Under the pieces are notes generated by a model that was not told where the DNA came from, did not search any database, and was given only the letters and a program-made list of their open reading frames with translations. Positions 60,219 to 64,000 of a stretch of DNA of 64,000 bases are shown piece after piece (the first letter of the stretch is position 1; each line of letters starts with the position of its first letter). The stretch is from an uncultured Erysipelotrichaceae bacterium (GTDB lineage: Bacteria > Bacillota_I > Bacilli_A > RFN20 > CAG-826): assembly GCA_902777015.1 (NCBI GenBank), contig CACYSA010000003.1, positions 13,471 to 77,470 on the forward strand. The letters run 5' to 3'. The translations under genes were made by a program, and so were the position numbers.

Positions 60219-60851
60219 TTATTTGACAAATGGATTTACTTTGCTTTCTATTTCCAAAGTGGAAAATGGACCATGTCCTGGATAGATTTTAGCACTCTTA
60301 GGTAAGGCTTTAATTTTTGCCATAGAGTTATTTAACTGTCTTGGCATAGCGCTAGGTAAATCACTACGACCAACACTATGTGGGAGAATAAAATCACCAG
60401 TAAAAAGCGCATTACTATCTTTTAGATAGAAGCACATTGAACCAGATGTATGAAATGGGACGTGAATCGCGATAATGTCTTCGCTTAATAAATGTAAGAC
60501 TTGTTTATCCGCTAATGTTTCCGCTTTGTGATTGATGATGACTTCTTCACCAACAAAGAAGCTACAGTTAGCGTAACTATCTTTTAATTTATCTTCGTCG
60601 TCAAAACCAATATAGAGACGTGTATCGAAATTATTCATTAAGCGATTCACACCACGCATATGGTCAGCGTGACCGTGGCTTAGGAGTATCGCCTTAAGCT
60701 TTAATTGATTTTTATTAATATAGTCGGTTAAGCCAGGATAGTCTTTACCTGGATCAATGACCACTGCATCATTATTTTCATCAATCAAAAGATATGTATT
60801 TGAAAACAAATCATCGGTATCTTCGTAAATAAAAGGAATGATTTTAATCAT
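60219..60851 (-). CDS. MBL-fold metallo-hydrolase
   Basis: HxHxDH motif (LSHGHADH), and a later GDF..HSVGR. ATG 60851 is preferred over the TTG at 60860. Confidence 0.8.
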   Translation of the reverse strand: MIKIIPFIYEDTDDLFSNTYLLIDENNDAVVIDPGKDYPGLTDYINKNQLKLKAILLSHGHADHMRGVNRLMNNFDTRLYIGFDDEDKLKDSYANCSFFVGEEVIINHKAETLADKQVLHLLSEDIIAIHVPFHTSGSMCFYLKDSNALFTGDFILPHSVGRSDLPSAMPRQLNNSMAKIKALPKSAKIYPGHGPFSTLEIESKVNPFVK

Positions 60852-60880
60852 AAGGCACAAAAAAATAGGCAGTCGGCCTA

Positions 60881-61009
60881 TTATTTCTTTTTCTCACGAT
60901 GGAGAGTAGCTTTTTTGCAACGTGGGCAATACTTCTTTAATTCTAAACGATCAGCGTGTTTCTTTTTATTTTTAGAAGTGAGGTAATTTTCCTCGCCACA
61001 TTCTGTGCC
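60881..61009 (-). pseudogene. rpmG: 50S ribosomal protein L33 gene lacking a start codon / N-terminus
   Basis: Minus-strand frame reads [42 protein letters not shown]. An in-frame TAA sits immediately upstream (61010-61012), and there is no ATG, GTG or TTG in frame. Too short for the ORF track. Confidence 0.6.
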
Positions 61010-61083
61010 TTAAATATCTTACCACAGGTAAAATATAATGCAAATATATTTTTTACTAATGAACTGGGTTATAATATCAGCAT

Positions 61084-62133
61084 ATGAAAAGAACAGAAAC
61101 TAGACAAGCTCAAATTGGCCGTCTTAAGCTTGGCGGTCAGAATAAAGTTTTAATCCAATCAATGTGTAAGCATAAGACTTCTCACGTTGATGAAGTTATT
61201 AAAGAAATTAATGAATGCGCAGCGCTTGGCGCTAGCATGATGAGAGTATCAATTCTTGACGAAGAAGATGCCGCGGCGATTAAAGAAATCAAGAAAGGTA
61301 TTAAGATTCCGCTTATAGCGGACATTCATTTTAATGGTGATTTCGCGATTGCGGCTATCAAAAACGGCGCTAACAAAATTAGATTAAATCCAGGCAATAT
61401 CAACGATGAAAATAAGATTAAAGAAATCGTTGAATTAGCCAAAAAGAAGAAAGTCACAATCCGAGTGGGTGCTAATTCAGGATCAGTCAGTAAAGACTTT
61501 GATCTTTTTGACATTCCTTTGTCTCACAAATTAGTGCTTTCTGTTAAAAAACATGTCGAAATTTTAGAAAAATATGATTTCCATGACATTGTTATCTCTT
61601 TAAAAGCTAGCAATATCAAAGAAACAATTGAAGCCTATCGTTTAGCAAGCGAGATGTTCCCATATCCACTTCATATTGGTATTACAGAGGCTGGTCCATA
61701 TGATTTATCAGTCATTAGAAGTACCGCTGGTTTAGCCCCTCTTCTTTTAGAAGGCATCGGTGACACGATTAGAATTTCTATTACTGGTGATGCCCAACAA
61801 GAAGTTATTGCTGCTAAGCGTTTATTACATGACTGTGGACTATATGAAGATTATCCTACATTTATTTCATGCCCAACATGTGGAAGAACCCAAGTTGATA
61901 TCCGTCCACTTGGCGCTAAGGTGTTCAAATATTTAGAAGATAATAACATCAAGTTAACTGTCGCCTGCATGGGTTGCATCGTTAATGGCCCAGGTGAAGG
62001 CAAGAACGCTGATATCGGTATTGCGGGTGGCAAAGGCCAATATGTCATCTTCAAAAAAGGCGAAATAATTAAAAAAGTGTCAGAAGCCGAAGCCTATGAC
62101 GCTTTAATAAAAGAAATTGATAGTTTACGCTAG
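61084..62133 (+). CDS. ispG: 4-hydroxy-3-methylbut-2-en-1-yl diphosphate synthase (IspG/GcpE)
   Basis: TIM-barrel N-domain (MRVSI, IPLIADIHF) and C-terminal Fe-S cysteines (ISCPTCGR..CMGCIVNGPGE). Confidence 0.9.
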   Translation: MKRTETRQAQIGRLKLGGQNKVLIQSMCKHKTSHVDEVIKEINECAALGASMMRVSILDEEDAAAIKEIKKGIKIPLIADIHFNGDFAIAAIKNGANKIRLNPGNINDENKIKEIVELAKKKKVTIRVGANSGSVSKDFDLFDIPLSHKLVLSVKKHVEILEKYDFHDIVISLKASNIKETIEAYRLASEMFPYPLHIGITEAGPYDLSVIRSTAGLAPLLLEGIGDTIRISITGDAQQEVIAAKRLLHDCGLYEDYPTFISCPTCGRTQVDIRPLGAKVFKYLEDNNIKLTVACMGCIVNGPGEGKNADIGIAGGKGQYVIFKKGEIIKKVSEAEAYDALIKEIDSLR

Positions 62134-63015
62134 ATACTTATCTTTCCAGTTATTAACGAACTTCTCGTCCCTTAACATTCTGATTTCATCAGAATAAGGG
62201 GCGTTTTCATTTATATATGGAGTTTCTAAGATCTTTGGAATATCTCTTAATAATGGATGATTAGCAATTTTGCATAAGGCTTCAAAGCCGATTTCGCCAT
62301 AGCCAATGTTTTCATGTCTATCTTTATGTGCGCCTCTAATATTCTTAGAATCGTTCACATGGACCACTAAAAGACGCTTAAGAGAAATGATTCTATCAAA
62401 TTCGGCTAATAAGTCATCAACATTACTAACGTCGTAGCCAGCGTCATGAACGTGGCAAGTATCAAGACAAACACCTAAACGGTCTTGATAATGGCATAAA
62501 TCGATAATCTTACGGACATCTTCAAAGCATGTACCAATTTCACTGCCTTTACCTGCCATAGTCTCTATGGCAATCTTCACATCGGTGCCATCTTGAGAAA
62601 GAATTGTATCAAGATTTTCCGCTAAGGTCTTGATTGCTTCTTCAGCTCCTAAACCCAAATGATTACCTGGATGAAGAACTAAGATCTTTGCGCCAAAGGC
62701 TGCTGTTCTTCTTAATTCATTAATAATAGTTTTGATTGTTAATTCTAATAAATCAGGACGATTCTTATTAGCGGGATTAATGATATAAGGAGCGTGAACA
62801 ACAATATGATTTTCATCAAAGCCTTGCTCTTTGAGCAAAGCGCGTCCTTCTTCAATCTTTAAATCGCCTAATGGCTTACGATATGAGTTTTGTGGAGCAC
62901 CAGTATAAAACATGAAGGCAGTTGAGCCATAGCTCATCGCTTCTTTAACGCTACCGAGATAATAATCAGGAGCGTTCATACCAACATGTGAACCAATTAA
63001 TAAATCCTTAGCCAT
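62125..63015 (-). CDS. nfo: endonuclease IV
   Basis: IGSHVG, HAPYIINPA, LVLHPG, ETMAGKG, CLDTCH, HVNDSK metal-ligand motifs. ATG 63015 is preferred over the TTG at 63027. Confidence 0.9.
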   Translation of the reverse strand: MAKDLLIGSHVGMNAPDYYLGSVKEAMSYGSTAFMFYTGAPQNSYRKPLGDLKIEEGRALLKEQGFDENHIVVHAPYIINPANKNRPDLLELTIKTIINELRRTAAFGAKILVLHPGNHLGLGAEEAIKTLAENLDTILSQDGTDVKIAIETMAGKGSEIGTCFEDVRKIIDLCHYQDRLGVCLDTCHVHDAGYDVSNVDDLLAEFDRIISLKRLLVVHVNDSKNIRGAHKDRHENIGYGEIGFEALCKIANHPLLRDIPKILETPYINENAPYSDEIRMLRDEKFVNNWKDKYLA

Positions 63016-63016
63016 A

Positions 63017-63493
63017 TTATTTCTCAATTCTAATATCTTTAATGACGACGTTTTCTAAAGGTCTATCATTAGGAGATGTTCTAACTGATGCTATTGCATC
63101 AACAACTTCGATGCCTTTAATAACTTTACCAAAAGCGGCATATTGACCATCTAAGAAAAAACCATCTTTATGCATAATGAAGAACTGGCTGCCAGCAGAA
63201 TCCGGATCCATAGCTCTGGCCATAGAGATAACGCCTCTTTCATGTTTAATAGGATTATTAACGCCATTAGCAGCGAATTCACCTTTGATTGTATAGCCAG
63301 GACCGCCTGTGCCATTACCTTTTGGGTCGCCACCTTGAATCATGAATCCTTTAATAACTCTATGGAAGATAAGACCCTTATAAAAGCCTTTGTCAGCGAG
63401 TTTAATGAAGTTATCAACGGTGATAGGAGCGTGTTCTCTATCTAGTTCAACTTCAATGGTTCCAAATTTGTTAATTTCAATAATTGCTTTCAT
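63017..63493 (-). CDS. peptidyl-prolyl cis-trans isomerase (cyclophilin type)
   Basis: [25 protein letters not shown]. 158 aa. Confidence 0.9.
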   Translation of the reverse strand: MKAIIEINKFGTIEVELDREHAPITVDNFIKLADKGFYKGLIFHRVIKGFMIQGGDPKGNGTGGPGYTIKGEFAANGVNNPIKHERGVISMARAMDPDSAGSQFFIMHKDGFFLDGQYAAFGKVIKGIEVVDAIASVRTSPNDRPLENVVIKDIRIEK

Positions 63494-63540
63494 TTTTGAT
63501 AAACTCCTTATATCAAAGATATATAATTACTAATAAATTA

Positions 63541-64000
63541 CTACTTAATTACTTTAGGCATTTCTTCATGATCCACAATTAAGATGTTCAAAGTTGGGTC
63601 AATTTCAAGAAGAATTTTCTTCATTTGTGGCATGAAAACGCGTTCGACTTCATGAGGAACATCAAGGTAATTAAACTTCTCACAAACGATTGCACGTCTA
63701 ACATGATGAGGGGCATCACCTGATATATAAATATCACAGCCTTCATCTCTAGCGATGAACCAGTCACGAGAACCGCCACCACCAACGATGCCGACTTTCT
63801 TAATGATTGGATTACCTTCATCGATTAACAATGCGTAATCAATATTAAGACTTGCTTTAGCAAAATTAGCGAATTCTTCGATTGGCATCGCTTCTTTAAG
63901 CTCCCCAATACGCATGCAATAATCTTTTTCTTCTGGGCAATAGACGTTTTCTAAGCTAAGAAGTTCTGCTAAAGCATCATTCATACCGTCTTTACCAGAA
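63541..64000 (-). CDS. Nif3-family (YqfO-like) metal-binding protein, C-terminal part (the gene continues past the window edge)
   Basis: VGIVGGGGS, YISGDAPHH, PHEVER motifs. The reading frame stays open upstream of the track's ATG at 63984 up to position 64000. Confidence 0.7.
   Translation of the reverse strand, partial: SGKDGMNDALAELLSLENVYCPEEKDYCMRIGELKEAMPIEEFANFAKASLNIDYALLIDEGNPIIKKVGIVGGGGSRDWFIARDEGCDIYISGDAPHHVRRAIVCEKFNYLDVPHEVERVFMPQMKKILLEIDPTLNILIVDHEEMPKVIK

Noticed and set aside
60857-60881. The hairpin ATAGGC-AGTCG-GCCTAT with a T-tract on the minus strand, considered as a terminator for rpmG.
   Set aside because: It ends only about 6 nt before the ATG of the downstream MBL-hydrolase gene. 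That leaves no room for a separate promoter, so it is more likely an attenuating or processing structure, or coincidence. Not listed as a feature.
1637-63821. Numerous 60-146-aa ORFs in the track that lie antisense to, or out of frame within, the genes called above. Examples are 1637-1921, 2150-2413, 3929-4624, 13901-14233, 21169-21453, 21696-22106, 36072-36392, 38331-38663, 39228-39572, 47166-47606, 53285-53560, 53797-54108 and 63151-63445.
   Set aside because: Each is fully nested in a long ORF with clear conserved-family motifs on the other strand or frame. Their translations are low-complexity (S/L/I/K-rich), and none has an RBS. They are shadow ORFs.
1-64000. Possibility that the sequence uses the Mycoplasma/Spiroplasma code (TGA = Trp).
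   Set aside because: Conserved genes end at TGA where the protein families end (for example 3877-3879 and xerD 47773-47775). No conserved protein needs read-through of TGA, and Trp positions use TGG. The standard code 11 fits.
1-64000. CRISPR arrays, IS elements or transposases, integrases other than xerD, prophage genes, rRNA and tRNA genes.
   Set aside because: There are no regularly spaced direct repeats, no transposase- or phage-like ORFs in the track, and no tRNA-like T-arm (GGTTCGAATCC-type) or rRNA sequences that I could recognise by eye. A tRNAscan/Infernal run would be needed to be certain.

Overview
Low-GC bacterial chromosome segment read with the standard genetic code: TGA acts as a stop (3877-3879, 47773-47775) and Trp is TGG. 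Gene content and synteny look like Bacillota or wall-less Acholeplasma-type relatives; this taxonomic guess is by eye only. The conserved blocks are tig-lon-engB, T-box-valS, radC, rplU-prp-rpmA-obg-nadE, ruvAB, secDF-recJ, an ABC exporter pair, relA-hisS-aspS, tkt, asp23-nusB-xseAB, dinB-xerD-deoB, yqeG-yqeH-yhbY-nadD/yqeK, parEC, plsY, efp, ispG, nfo and a cyclophilin. I recognised no rRNA, tRNA, CRISPR array, transposase or phage genes.

Main observations:
1. Gene orientation flips from almost all '+' (133-49705) to almost all '-' (50087-64000). Between two convergent terminators at that point lies a 28-bp dif-like Xer site (49844-49871), about 2 kb from xerD. This is probably the replication terminus.
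2. Directly beside dif is an orphan 203-aa MazF/PemK-like ORF with N- and C-terminal extensions. It has no recognisable antitoxin gene and no type III repeat array. About 160 bp of unexplained GT-rich non-coding DNA follows.
3. Four normally indispensable or highly conserved genes carry non-homopolymer lesions. rplU has a 7-bp tandem duplication, rpmA is about 16 nt short, parE is about 44 nt short, and rpmG has no start codon. These are either real gene decay or assembly or editing artefacts, and the raw reads need checking.
4. Smaller curiosities: a two-module RimK-type ATP-grasp fusion heading a membrane-protein cluster; a GGDEY-variant diguanylate cyclase; a NadD-YqeK fusion; a 32-aa hydrophobic peptide overlapping the nadE stop; and phased or palindromic motifs in two intergenic regions.

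All calls rest on reading the six-frame track and the DNA by eye. No searches or computations were run.
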